From positions 2,274 to 66,273 of IMG/VR virus record IMGVR_UViG_3300011443_000015: DNA of 64,000 bases, one strand, 5' to 3'. This document shows positions 17,295-26,876 of the stretch, piece after piece. The position numbers and the translations under genes were made by a program. Positions within the stretch are counted from its first letter, which is position 1. Every line of letters begins with the position of its first letter. The stretch comes from a virus. Lineage: Duplodnaviria; Caudoviricetes. Under the pieces are notes generated by a model. That model searched no databases. It worked only from the letters and a program-made list of their open reading frames with translations, and had not been told where the DNA came from.

Positions 17295-17515
17295 CACTTC
17301 ACCTTTACGATCACGCCATCCCTGACGGTCGCCTGCGCGTACCATCGGTGCGGCTGCGGGTAGTGTGGACCCTCGAGGTAGACCGTGTGCTCGCCGACCT
17401 GAATGCTGTCGGTCTTGCCGTAGGCGTCGTTCGGCTGGTAGGCGCGGACCTGACGGCCAGCGGCGACGGCGTCCTTGAGGGCTTTCTTCGAGGGAAAGTT
17501 GATGTCTGAATACAT
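17294..17515 (-). CDS. Small phage protein (NFPSKKALKDAV...LEGPHYPQPHRWYA)
   Basis: AGGAG SD; pattern I recall from other phages. Confidence 0.65.
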   Translation of the reverse strand: MYSDINFPSKKALKDAVAAGRQVRAYQPNDAYGKTDSIQVGEHTVYLEGPHYPQPHRWYAQATVRDGVIVKVK

Positions 17516-17517
17516 GA

Positions 17518-17763
17518 TCAGGCTCCTTCTTTGCTGCGCGTGATGGTGAAAGCCGGCCCGCCACCGAGGGTCGCAGGTCGCAGCGTAGTTCGGTCGCAGG
17601 GCTTCGACGAGTTGTGCCCGTGCAGGATGACGCGATTCGCCGTCGCGCGGAACGCTGGATACTCGTCGAGTAGTCGCTGCGCCTCTTCGCTCGTGAGCGG
17701 ATATGATGTTCCGGTCGCGTGAAACGTCAGGGTGAATGGGCGGCGTGCGGCGGTGATCGTCAT
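17518..17763 (-). CDS. Leaderless first early gene
   Basis: ATG at the predicted +1 of the promoter at 17770-17799. Confidence 0.55.
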   Translation of the reverse strand: MTITAARRPFTLTFHATGTSYPLTSEEAQRLLDEYPAFRATANRVILHGHNSSKPCDRTTLRPATLGGGPAFTITRSKEGA

Positions 17764-17769
17764 AAGCAG

Positions 17770-17799
17770 ACGTTAGCGTATGTTAAAAAGAAAAGTCAA
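17770..17799 (-). promoter_or_regulatory. Early promoter
   Basis: TTGACT-N18-TAACGT; overlaps the ACGCTAACG motif. Confidence 0.65.
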
Positions 17800-17872
17800 C
17801 TATCTAAATACATCCCACTTTGGCCTTGACCTTCTGCATATTCTATGAACCAAGCTCGACCATACTTCCCCC

Positions 17873-17901
17873 TTGCCCGACCGCCTTGGTCGTGCTAGGG
17901 T
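17873..17901 (+). promoter_or_regulatory. Rightward promoter for the primase operon
   Basis: TTGCCC-N17-TAGGGT with extended TG. Confidence 0.4.
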
Positions 17902-18043
17902 ATCGCCTTCCAAGCCTCGTGGTGCGCGGCTCGGGGCTGCCCAGCCCTGGTCGCTACTAAGTCTTGTTCGTGCGCTGCCTTGCGCGCGGCGGGGGCCACG
18001 CGGCTGTTTCTTGCGAGGCAACCACGCTGTGGAACTATCCTTG

Positions 18044-18268
18044 ATGGCCGCACCTCGGCCACGCACACCCGTCTCGTTTTTCACCTGGCTCGGGGCGCAG
18101 GACGAGCGCCAGGACGCGGTCGGCGCCTTCGCGCGCCTCGCCCTGCGCGACCGCGTCTGTCCTAAGCACAGCAACCGACTGCACCTCTTCTTGCTGCGCT
18201 ACGAGCACCTTCCCGAGCACCGCTCGGGTATCAAGGCGGCGCATCGTGAGTGGAGGGCTGCCCGATGA
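18044..18268 (+). CDS. YozE-like (SAM-fold) small protein
   Basis: SFFTWL...D.VG.FAR.A..D..CPK pattern; ATGA coupling to the primase. Confidence 0.55.
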   Translation: MAAPRPRTPVSFFTWLGAQDERQDAVGAFARLALRDRVCPKHSNRLHLFLLRYEHLPEHRSGIKAAHREWRAAR

Positions 18269-20367
18269 GCGCAACACAGCCATCCGCCCACGACATCGTC
18301 CGCACCTACTTCGACAAACGCTTCCACGTCGTCTTCTGGCCCGATAAGGGTGAGCAGAAGGGCCCCATCGAGGAGGGCTGGAAGACCAAACCGTTTGTTC
18401 TCGACGACTTCAAACCACAAACACGCGTCGGCGTCATCACCGGTCAGGAAATAGCGCCGGGCAGGTATCTGCACGACATCGATATCGACTGGGCGCCGGG
18501 CTACAAGATCGCGCTGAACTTCCTGCCCAAGACGGAGTTCGTCTACGGCCGCGCCTCGAAGCAGGTGAGCCACTGCTTCTATACCCTCCCCGAGGCCCTG
18601 GCCAACATCGTCTTTCGCGACCCGGTCGACAAGACCACCCTACTGGAGATTCGCGGCACGAAGGAGGACGGCTCGCTGGGCTTCCAGTCGATGGTGCCGC
18701 CCTCGGTGTGGGAGAAGGACGGCAAACGCGAGCCGCTAGAGTTCCGAGCCTTTAAGGACCCTGCGCACTTCGTTGACGTCAACCACTTCAAGCAGCGCGC
18801 AACGCTCGGCGCGATCGGCATGCTCCTCGCGAAGCGCCTCGGGACGAACGGCTTCGGCCACGAGGTGCGCCTCGCGTGGGCAGGCTACCTGCTGCGCGCG
18901 TCGATCCCGGTTGATGACCTGGTGCTGATGGGCGAGGCGATTAGTATCTATTGCAACAACCGCGAGATCGTCGACGTCCGCCGCTCGGTCGAGAGCACTG
19001 CCGCCGCGCTCAATAGCGAGGGTGGCAAGAAGGTGCGCGGCGGCCCCGCGCTGGCGAAGCTGCTCGGCGGGGAGGTCGGCAAGAAAATCATTACGCAGAT
19101 TAACGCCTGGCTCGGCCGCGATTCGGACTTTATCCGTTCGCAGGACGGGGTCATCATCAAGGACAACCAGGAAAACGTGCGGCGGGCCGTCCGCCTGCTG
19201 GGCGTCGAGTTGGCGTACCAAGAGTTCGCTGACAAGACCCTTGTTCGCGAGGGCGAGGGCCTGCAACGCCCGCTCGACGATCGCACAATGAATAACCTGT
19301 GGCTGCGCGTCGACCGCGACTATCGGTTCCGACCGTCGTTTGTCTTCTTCGAGAAGGTGCTGACCGACAGCGCCTACGACAACGCGTTCCACCCGGTGCG
19401 CGACTATCTGCACAACGTTGTGTGGGATGGCACGCCGAGAATCGACACATGGCTGGCAACCTACGGCGGCGCGGAGGACCTGCAGGAGAGCAGCGAGTCA
19501 CGCACCTATCTCGAGGCGGTCAGCAGCATTGTGCTTATTGCTGCTGTTCGACGCGTGCTGCACCCCGGCTGCAAGTATGACGAGATGCTGGTGCTCGAGG
19601 GGCAGCAGGGCATCAGCAAGTCGACCGCGCTGCGCGCCCTGTGCCCGCAGGATGAGTGGTTCTCGGATGACCTGCCGCTGAACTGCGACGCGAAGGAAAT
19701 CATCGAGCGGACGCTGGGCAAGTGGATCATCGAGGCATCGGACCTCGTTGGTGGGCGCAAGGCGGACCGCGATCATCTGAAGTCGATGATGTCGCGGCAG
19801 ATTGACGGGCCGGCACGCATGGCCTACGCACATCAGCCGGTGGAGCGACAGCGGCAATTTATCATCATCGGCACAACGAACTCTGCAGAGTATCTTGTGG
19901 ATACGACGGGCGCACGTCGTTTCTGGCCCGTCAAGGTGCAGCGGTTTGATGTCGAGGGCATCCGCCGCGATCGAGATCAGATCTGGGCCGAGGCGGTGAG
20001 GCGCGAGGCGACAGGTGAGAGCATTCGGCTTCCCGAGGGGTTGTGGGAGGCCGCTGGTGAGCACCAGGAGAAGCGTCGTGAGGTCGATGCGTGGGAGGAT
20101 GCGCTTGACGACTTTATTCGTGGGGTGGCTGGGTCTGCTACAGGCCGCCAACAGATGCCAGCAGAAGCGTTATGGAATGCCTTGAGTGTACCAATTGAAA
20201 GGCGCGATCGGTTCGGTGCTAAGCGAATCTCGGAAATAATGCAACGACGTGGTTTTACTCGTACAAATGTGCGGGATAAGGATCGAGTGGTGACTGGGTA
20301 TGTGAGGCAGACGACGCCTAACTACTTCAAGTACCAAGATAAGAAAGCAGAAGATTCGGATATGTGA
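18265..20367 (+). CDS. Primase-polymerase plus VirE/VapE-family helicase
   Basis: N-terminal Prim-Pol (HDIDID); P-loop LEGQQGISKST, WIIEASDL, GTTN, TGARRFWPV. Confidence 0.9.
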   Translation: MSATQPSAHDIVRTYFDKRFHVVFWPDKGEQKGPIEEGWKTKPFVLDDFKPQTRVGVITGQEIAPGRYLHDIDIDWAPGYKIALNFLPKTEFVYGRASKQVSHCFYTLPEALANIVFRDPVDKTTLLEIRGTKEDGSLGFQSMVPPSVWEKDGKREPLEFRAFKDPAHFVDVNHFKQRATLGAIGMLLAKRLGTNGFGHEVRLAWAGYLLRASIPVDDLVLMGEAISIYCNNREIVDVRRSVESTAAALNSEGGKKVRGGPALAKLLGGEVGKKIITQINAWLGRDSDFIRSQDGVIIKDNQENVRRAVRLLGVELAYQEFADKTLVREGEGLQRPLDDRTMNNLWLRVDRDYRFRPSFVFFEKVLTDSAYDNAFHPVRDYLHNVVWDGTPRIDTWLATYGGAEDLQESSESRTYLEAVSSIVLIAAVRRVLHPGCKYDEMLVLEGQQGISKSTALRALCPQDEWFSDDLPLNCDAKEIIERTLGKWIIEASDLVGGRKADRDHLKSMMSRQIDGPARMAYAHQPVERQRQFIIIGTTNSAEYLVDTTGARRFWPVKVQRFDVEGIRRDRDQIWAEAVRREATGESIRLPEGLWEAAGEHQEKRREVDAWEDALDDFIRGVAGSATGRQQMPAEALWNALSVPIERRDRFGAKRISEIMQRRGFTRTNVRDKDRVVTGYVRQTTPNYFKYQDKKAEDSDM

Positions 20368-20660
20368 CGCGAACAACGCGAACACGCTAACGTCATCCGT
20401 AGGTTAGCGACGCCGGGCCTGAAACGGTATCGCTAACGGGGATTAAGTAATAGCAGGGAAAAGACTTAGGCGTCAAAAACCCCTGTTAGCGTTAGCGTGT
20501 TAGCTCCGTTTCCAAGACTTCGATCGGGGAGTTAACTGACACCGTGACCGTACCTGCTGTATTCAGTGTTTGTTACTACGCTAACTAACACTAACACTAG
20601 TAACACTCTAACGAATCAAACACTTACGGCGTTCGCGTTGTGCGCCTCGTTAGCGTCCCC
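20368..20660. repeat. Putative replication origin with (C)GCTAAC/ACGCGAAC iterons
   Basis: Non-coding, ~10 GCTAAC/GTTAGC copies in both orientations, a CTAACA tandem run, inverted terminal motifs; directly after the primase. Confidence 0.6.
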
Positions 20661-20734
20661 CGCTAGCCGCCTGCCAGCCCCGCCAGTAGCACAATCTTTT
20701 ATCCAATCTCAACCGATTTCCCTTGACTTTGCCC

Positions 20735-20764
20735 TTGCATTAGGCTAGCGGGCGGCTCTAGTAT
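20735..20764 (+). promoter_or_regulatory. Promoter for the packaging operon
   Basis: TTGCAT-N18-TAGTAT, 12 nt before the terS ATG. Confidence 0.5.
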
Positions 20765-20776
20765 CTAGGGGCCACC

Positions 20777-21127
20777 ATGCAGAGCCTCGCGGACTTCCTC
20801 GGCGTGAACCCCCTGCCCGATGCACCGCAGGAGCCGACGCTGGTCGACATCACCGACCCGGCAGCCTTCGCGCGTGCCGTGCTTGAGTCCCGCGAGTTCC
20901 GTCAATACATCGTGACCGGCCTGACCCTCGGGAACCTGCCAGGCTTCACGTCGATCCTTCAGCGGTTGATGGATGCCGCCGGCAACTGGCCGAAGGCGAC
21001 GAGCCGCATCGAGCACACCGGCAAGGATGGCGATCCGATTGTCACCGAGGTCCGCCGCGTGATTGTGCGCGCCGAAACCTCGTTTGATGATGAGAAGGCC
21101 GACGAGCGTCCTGTAACGACCCACTGA
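20777..21127 (+). CDS. terS: Terminase small subunit
   Basis: Position upstream of TerL; C-terminal IEHTGKDGDPI. Confidence 0.7.
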   Translation: MQSLADFLGVNPLPDAPQEPTLVDITDPAAFARAVLESREFRQYIVTGLTLGNLPGFTSILQRLMDAAGNWPKATSRIEHTGKDGDPIVTEVRRVIVRAETSFDDEKADERPVTTH

Positions 21128-21159
21128 GATCGAAAGGCCAGGGCATCACAAGGAAAGGC

Positions 21160-22374
21160 ATGGCGCGCGCGATTGACATCCCGCTCCCTGAGGTCTTCGA
21201 ACCCCTGCTTGCCCCCAGCCGCTACAAAGGCATCTATGGAGGCCGTGGCGGCGCGAAGTCTCATTTCTTCGCTGACCAGCTTATTGACGAGAGCCTTCGG
21301 CACCCAGGCCTCCGCTGCGTCTGCGTTCGCGAATATCAGGTCAGCCTCGAGCAATCTGTCAAGCGACTGCTCGAGGACAAGATCAACGCCTACGGCCTCG
21401 GCCGGGAGTTTCGCGTCATGAACTCCTGCATCGAGACGCCGGGCGACGGGATCATCATTTTCCAGGGCATGCAGTCGCATACCGCCGAATCCATCAAGTC
21501 GCTGGAAGGCTACGACCGCGCGTGGGTCGAGGAGGCACAGAACCTCTCGCAGCGCTCGCTCGATCTCCTGCGTCCGACCATCCGCGAGGAGGGCTCGGAG
21601 CTGTGGTTCTCGTGGAACCCACGCCTGGCGACGGACCCCGTCGATAACCTCCTGCGTCACAACCCACCGGCCGGCGCGCTCGTTGTCCGCTCCTCGTATC
21701 GCGACAATCCCTTCTTCCCCGAGGTGCTCCGCAAGGAGATGGAGTGGGATCGCGGACGCGACCCCGAGAAGTACGCGCACGTGTGGCTCGGCGAGTACGA
21801 GCGGCACAGCGAGTCGCGCGTCTTCAAGAACTGGCGGGTCGAGGAGTTCGAGACGCAGAGCGACGCGATGTTCCTCTATGGTGGTGACTGGGGCTTCAGC
21901 GTCGACCCCTCGGTGCTCGTTAGGTGCTACGTCGTCGGCCGCAAGCTGTTCATCGACCACGAGGCGTACCGCGTCGGCGTCGAGATCGACCACCTCCCGA
22001 TGCTGTTCGACCAAGTGCCTGGCTGTCGCGATTGGACGATCACCGCAGATAGCGCGCGGCCCGAGACGATCAGTTATCTGCAGCGGCACGGCTTCCCGAA
22101 GATGGTTGCTGCTGTCAAGGGCAAGGACAGCGTCAAAGAGGGCGTCATCTTCCTGCAGAACTTCGACATCGTCATTCACCCGCGCTGCGTGCACACCATC
22201 GACGAGTTCACGATGTACTCGTTCAAGGTTGACAAGATGACGGGGCTCGTCTCGCCGGTGCTCGAGGACAAGAAGAACCACGTCATCGACTCGGTGCGCT
22301 ACGCCGTCGAGCGACTACGCGCGAACGTATTTGATTATGCCGCCGTCGGCATGTCGAGTCCTGCCACATGGTAG
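21160..22374 (+). CDS. terL: Terminase large subunit (PBSX/SPP1-like)
   Basis: GGRGGAKS Walker A, WVEEAQ Walker B, GGDWGF nuclease, NHVIDSVRY. Confidence 0.95.
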   Translation: MARAIDIPLPEVFEPLLAPSRYKGIYGGRGGAKSHFFADQLIDESLRHPGLRCVCVREYQVSLEQSVKRLLEDKINAYGLGREFRVMNSCIETPGDGIIIFQGMQSHTAESIKSLEGYDRAWVEEAQNLSQRSLDLLRPTIREEGSELWFSWNPRLATDPVDNLLRHNPPAGALVVRSSYRDNPFFPEVLRKEMEWDRGRDPEKYAHVWLGEYERHSESRVFKNWRVEEFETQSDAMFLYGGDWGFSVDPSVLVRCYVVGRKLFIDHEAYRVGVEIDHLPMLFDQVPGCRDWTITADSARPETISYLQRHGFPKMVAAVKGKDSVKEGVIFLQNFDIVIHPRCVHTIDEFTMYSFKVDKMTGLVSPVLEDKKNHVIDSVRYAVERLRANVFDYAAVGMSSPATW

Positions 22375-22547
22375 TGCGACCCGCGCAGCGACCCGGCGAG
22401 ACCATCCAGGGCTGCCTCTCGCTGCGACCGTGGTATCGTCTGGATGTCGACACGTTCGTGCGGGTCTACAAGAACAATCGCTGGTGGTATGGGCGCACGC
22501 GCGCGGCGGTGCTGGCGTTCTATGTAGCGAGGCTTGACATCCGATGA
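22374..22547 (+). CDS. Small basic protein (57 aa)
   Basis: GTG start overlaps the terL stop; stop overlaps the portal ATG. Confidence 0.45.
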   Translation: MRPAQRPGETIQGCLSLRPWYRLDVDTFVRVYKNNRWWYGRTRAAVLAFYVARLDIR

Positions 22548-24493
22548 GTGATGATAACGGCATCGGCACGCCATCCAACGCCTCAGAGCAGGCGGAGTTC
22601 CGCGCGCTCCAAGCCGAGCTGAAGCTCCTCGACACCAACGTGACGTTGGCGCGCATGGCGTTCGCGCGCAGCGCGGGCCTGACGTTCAACAACGCGCGCG
22701 ACATGTATGGGGTTCTCGGCTACAAGGACCTCATCACGGTCAGCGATTACCGCTCACGCTATCAGCGCGGCGGCGTAGCAGGCCGCATCGTCGACGTGTT
22801 CCCGAACGCCACGTGGCGCGGCTCGATGGAGTTGATCGAGGATGCCGACCTCGAGGACTACACGACGTTCGAGCAGGCGTGGGCGGACCTCGACCAGCGC
22901 TTGCAGATCCAGGCCAAGCTGCTGCGTGTCGATAAGCTCGCGGGGTTGAGCACCTACGCCGTGCTGCTCATCGGTGCGCCAGGCGACCTCGAGCAGGAGC
23001 TGCCCAAGGGGCGGCCCGAGCAGTTGCTCTATCTCACGCCGTTCGCCGGTGGCGGCGGCCCGCAGACGACGAACAACCTGCAGGTCAACCAGACGGTGGC
23101 TGACGGTGCCGACGCATCGATCTTCGAGTATGACCTTGACCCGAAGAGTAAGCGCTTCGGGATGCCGAAGTCCTATCAGCTGAAGCGGCTCGACATCGGC
23201 ACGGCACTGCCGAGGCCCGTCCACTGGTCGCGCGTCGTGCACGTCGCTGAGGGCCTACTCGACGATGAGGTCTTTGGGCAGCCCGTGCTCGAGCGCGTGT
23301 GGAACCTGCTCGATGACCTCGACAAGATCGCCGGCGGCGGCTCGGAGGCGTTCTGGTTGCGCGCGAACCAGGGCATGCACATCGACGTCGACAAAGACAT
23401 GGTGTTGTCGGGGCCTGAGGGCGAGAAGACGGTCGCTGATCTGAAAGCGCAGGCCGAGGCCTACAAGCACCACCTGACGCGCTGGCTGCGCACGCGCGGC
23501 GTGTCGGTCGAGACCCTCGGCTCCGATGTCGCGAACTTCGCCAACCCGCAGGACGCGATCATCACCTTGATCGCCGGCGCGAAGGGCATCCCGAAGCGCA
23601 TCCTGACGGGCTCGGAGATGGGCGAGCTCGCCTCGAGCCAGGACCGCGACAACTGGAAGGATCAGATCAATGGCCGGCAGACGGGCTACGCTGGACCTTA
23701 CATTGTGCGACCTCTTGTGGATCGACTGGTGGCTTACGGATACCTGCCTACGCCAAAGGACGGCGCGGACAAGTACGAGGTCCGGTGGCCGCAGATCCAG
23801 ACGCTGACCGAGCAAGAGAAGGTCTCGGGCGCGCAGGGCTGGGCGTCGGTCAATCAGACCTATGGCGAGGTGGTCTACACCGATGCTGAGATTCGCGATA
23901 AGTGGTCGGGCCTGATGCCGCTATCCGACGAGCAGCGTGCGGAGATCGATGAGCGAGCTGCGGAGAAGCTGAAGCAGCAACAGGAGGCGATGGCGGCCGC
24001 GAAGCCTGATGGTGGTGCTGAAGACGAGGACGAGGAGAAGAATCCGTTCTCGCGTGCTGCCTCCGCCTACGAGCCGCAGCCTGGCGACGAGGAGCTGGTG
24101 CGCGTGCTAGCGGAGGCGATCGAGTGCGGCAACGCGGATGTGGTCGCGCAGATCGTGGGGCTGCACGCCGACCATGATCAATCAGATCATGGTAACCGTG
24201 ATGGAGCGAGTGGAGGTAATTCTAGCGGACGCGATGATCGTGAGATCCAGGAAGCGGTAAAGGACAAGCCCGTTGGAACCGTCGTGCTGAAGTCGAAGTA
24301 TGGCGAAGTGAAGATTTCCAATCCACGGGCTGGTCGGCTTAGCTTTAGAGGCTACCGTAAGAATGGCGAGGCGATGCCCGCCAAGAGTACGCTACGCGAG
24401 GCGAAGGAATCACTGCGAGAGCCGACGAACCCCGAGATGTTCCGCAGCGGCTACTTACGCGAGGACGTCGCGTGGAAGGAGCTGAAGTCATGA
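22544..24493 (+). CDS. Portal protein with C-terminal extension
   Basis: Position and size; RIVDVFPNATW, VHWSRVV, GIPKRILTG pattern; extension after LHADHDQSDHG. Confidence 0.85.
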   Translation: MSDDNGIGTPSNASEQAEFRALQAELKLLDTNVTLARMAFARSAGLTFNNARDMYGVLGYKDLITVSDYRSRYQRGGVAGRIVDVFPNATWRGSMELIEDADLEDYTTFEQAWADLDQRLQIQAKLLRVDKLAGLSTYAVLLIGAPGDLEQELPKGRPEQLLYLTPFAGGGGPQTTNNLQVNQTVADGADASIFEYDLDPKSKRFGMPKSYQLKRLDIGTALPRPVHWSRVVHVAEGLLDDEVFGQPVLERVWNLLDDLDKIAGGGSEAFWLRANQGMHIDVDKDMVLSGPEGEKTVADLKAQAEAYKHHLTRWLRTRGVSVETLGSDVANFANPQDAIITLIAGAKGIPKRILTGSEMGELASSQDRDNWKDQINGRQTGYAGPYIVRPLVDRLVAYGYLPTPKDGADKYEVRWPQIQTLTEQEKVSGAQGWASVNQTYGEVVYTDAEIRDKWSGLMPLSDEQRAEIDERAAEKLKQQQEAMAAAKPDGGAEDEDEEKNPFSRAASAYEPQPGDEELVRVLAEAIECGNADVVAQIVGLHADHDQSDHGNRDGASGGNSSGRDDREIQEAVKDKPVGTVVLKSKYGEVKISNPRAGRLSFRGYRKNGEAMPAKSTLREAKESLREPTNPEMFRSGYLREDVAWKELKS

Positions 24494-25635
24494 CTCCGAC
24501 CCACGCAGCTCACCTCCTGATCCTCGCGGCGCGGGAGGCGGGAACGTTGCGCGCGGCGGCGTTCAACCCCGATCAAGAGCGCGATGATCATGGACGGTGG
24601 ACGGACGGCGACTTTCCTTCAGAAACAAAGATATCAGACGCGCGCACCAAGTCGGAAGCAACCCTCGTAAAGCAGGTGACTGTCGTCGTGCGCCGTGAAG
24701 CAAAGACGCATAACCAAAGGTTACTAAAGGCAGAGCGTGTAACACCCGAGCAGCTCGAGAAAGCAGTTGCGGCAACTACGCAATTATTGCTCGAAGATGA
24801 AAATCAAACCATCGGGCAGGCTCTTGGTGTTCGCGATAGTCATGTGGCCGATGCAGTCGCTGATGCATTAAGCAACTTCCGTGGTGCGTCTGCACGTGCC
24901 GAAACCCCCCTCCACGCCACCGCCGACCGCCACGTCCCCGTCCTTAGCGTCGCCCTCCGCTACGCGTTCGCCGTCGCGCGCAAGGCACTGAAGGCCAACC
25001 CTCGTGACGCGGACAAGGCCATCGCCGCCCTCGAGAAGGCCCTCGAGTCCGTGCTGCCGGCGACGCTGCTCAAGGTTTACGATGCGGGTGGTGTGACGGG
25101 TGCGGGGATGTTGCAGCAGCAATTGCGCGGTGCTGAGGACTTCCGCACCGCCAAGAAAAAGAAGAAGCGAGCTGGTGTAGGTTTCGAGTTCAACCACGTA
25201 GCGCAACACGCGGTCGCCTGGGCGGCCAAGCACGCAGCGGAGCTCATCACGGGTATTCTCGAGACGACCCGCGAGCGCATCAACGCGGCGACGGTAGACG
25301 TGCTTGAGGCCGGCGACTGGGACGCGCATCTCGACGAGATTCTCGCGGCCGTCGGCGATGAGGACCGCGCTGACCTGATCGCGCGTAACGAGACGATGGT
25401 TGCCGTGCACGAAGGACAACGGGAAGCGTGGGGACAGGCGGTCGAAGCGGGACTTCTGACTGGCGACGAAGAACGTGAGTGGATCGTAGTCGGGGATGAA
25501 AAGGTGTGTCCGATCTGCGAGGGGCTTGAGGGCAAGCACGCAAAGCTCGGGCAGGCTTACGTCAGCGATGAAGGTGAATCGTATGATGGACCGCCCGCAC
25601 ATGTCTCTTGTCGGTGTTCAGAAGGGATCGTTTAA
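24490..25635 (+). CDS. MuF/gp7-like head morphogenesis protein with N-terminal insert
   Basis: RADLIARNE...EWIVVGDEKVCPIC...PPAHVSCRCS. Confidence 0.85.
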   Translation: MTPTHAAHLLILAAREAGTLRAAAFNPDQERDDHGRWTDGDFPSETKISDARTKSEATLVKQVTVVVRREAKTHNQRLLKAERVTPEQLEKAVAATTQLLLEDENQTIGQALGVRDSHVADAVADALSNFRGASARAETPLHATADRHVPVLSVALRYAFAVARKALKANPRDADKAIAALEKALESVLPATLLKVYDAGGVTGAGMLQQQLRGAEDFRTAKKKKKRAGVGFEFNHVAQHAVAWAAKHAAELITGILETTRERINAATVDVLEAGDWDAHLDEILAAVGDEDRADLIARNETMVAVHEGQREAWGQAVEAGLLTGDEEREWIVVGDEKVCPICEGLEGKHAKLGQAYVSDEGESYDGPPAHVSCRCSEGIV

Positions 25636-25766
25636 TGCCGAACATATTTCTCGTCTTCTCGTTCGTCTGTTTCCTCATCGCGGCCTGGCAGGACAATACC
25701 GTCTGGAATCGCCTGATCGCGGTCGGGTTGGCGGCCTACGTCGCCTCGGTGGGGTTGATTCGGTGA
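25635..25766 (+). CDS. Small two-TM membrane protein (holin-like candidate)
   Basis: MPNIFLVFSFVCFLIAAW...LIAVGLAAYVASVGLIR*; TAATG coupling. Confidence 0.5.
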   Translation: MPNIFLVFSFVCFLIAAWQDNTVWNRLIAVGLAAYVASVGLIR

Positions 25767-25795
25767 TCGTCGATGAACAACTGACGAAAGGACAC

Positions 25796-26287
25796 ATGCC
25801 TCTCAGTCCCGCCGCATTGCATCAGATGATGGTCGCGTTAGACGAGAAGCATGTCGATGGGCACAAGCGCACACGCGAGGAGTTGACGTACTTGAAGAAT
25901 CAACTCGATCAGGGGCTGCAGTCCGTACGAGCCGAAATGGCGATGACGCGCACGGAGATCGCGACGTATGTCGCGACGCCGGTCGACGTCACGAAGATCG
26001 TGCTCTCGCCGAAGATCGTGTTCACGATCGTGGTGGTCGTGCTCTCGATCTACGGCACCATCTGGGCCTCGACCTACGGGTTGGGGTCGGACATTCGGGA
26101 CATCATCACGCGGATCGATGCACAGAAGACGGCGATGGAATCGGCCGTCAAGTTGCAGGATCTGCGGGCAGAGACCGTGAAGTCAGCGATCGACGACGTG
26201 AAGCGGCGCCAGGAGACCCAGGCGATCGAGCTTCAGAGCCTGAAGGAAGCGGTCTTGACAGGCAAGGCCCCGTCGAATCGCCAGTAA
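25796..26287 (+). CDS. Membrane-anchored coiled-coil protein
   Basis: TM segment IVFTIVVVVLSIYGTIWA flanked by heptads; start could be GTG 25763. Confidence 0.6.
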   Translation: MPLSPAALHQMMVALDEKHVDGHKRTREELTYLKNQLDQGLQSVRAEMAMTRTEIATYVATPVDVTKIVLSPKIVFTIVVVVLSIYGTIWASTYGLGSDIRDIITRIDAQKTAMESAVKLQDLRAETVKSAIDDVKRRQETQAIELQSLKEAVLTGKAPSNRQ

Positions 26288-26369
26288 CTCGAAGAGACGC
26301 GTGATGCCAACACCAGATATGCGAGATCTCATCACGCGTGATCCCCGTGTGGGGAGAAGGAGACACGTC

Positions 26370-26741
26370 ATGCCAACACCAGCAGAAGACAAAGCCAAGA
26401 GCGACAAAGCCGAAGCCGAGAAGACGGCGGCGGTAACGGGCGCACAGGCGGTCGCGGACGCGGTCAACAAGGTCGCGGCGGCGGCGGTCGATGCCGCGAA
26501 GACGGCGGCCGGCAAGACCATTCCGGATGTGATCGTGACGGGCACGCCGGGCGGGAAGTTCGAGATTCGCGGCGACGGGTTCTCGTCGAGCGGCTCGGTG
26601 CTCATCGGCGGCGTCGCGCAGCAGACCTACGAATGGGGTGCGCAGTACATTCGCGGTAAGCTCGATGCGAACGTCGTGAGTGGCGACGTGGTCGTGCAGA
26701 TCGACAAGGACACGAAGCGCGTCGGGTATTTGAAGGTGTGA
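26370..26741 (+). CDS. IPT/TIG-like domain protein with Ala/Lys-rich N-terminus
   Basis: FEIRGDGFSSSGSVLIGG...W; GGAGAAGGAG SD. Confidence 0.6.
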   Translation: MPTPAEDKAKSDKAEAEKTAAVTGAQAVADAVNKVAAAAVDAAKTAAGKTIPDVIVTGTPGGKFEIRGDGFSSSGSVLIGGVAQQTYEWGAQYIRGKLDANVVSGDVVVQIDKDTKRVGYLKV

Positions 26742-26753
26742 TTGTTTTTGTAC

Positions 26754-26782
26754 TAGACACAGCATTATTGTTGTGCTAGACT
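26754..26782 (+). promoter_or_regulatory. Promoter for the capsid operon
   Basis: TAGACA-N17-TAGACT with extended TG in an AT-rich gap. Confidence 0.55.
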
Positions 26783-26876
26783 CGGGGGCGGCCGCAAGGT
26801 TGCCCCGCATTTTCCTTTAATTTCTAGATTTGTAGCAGGCCGCGCCCGGTCACGCGCGGCGGGTTGAGAGACCTCT

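Noticed and set aside
26818-26837. TAATTTCTAGATTTGTAG resembles a Cas12a direct repeat (possible RNA anti-CRISPR)
   Set aside because: The TCTAC/GTAGA stem is broken (CTAG...GTAG), it is a single copy and AT-rich, so chance similarity is likely
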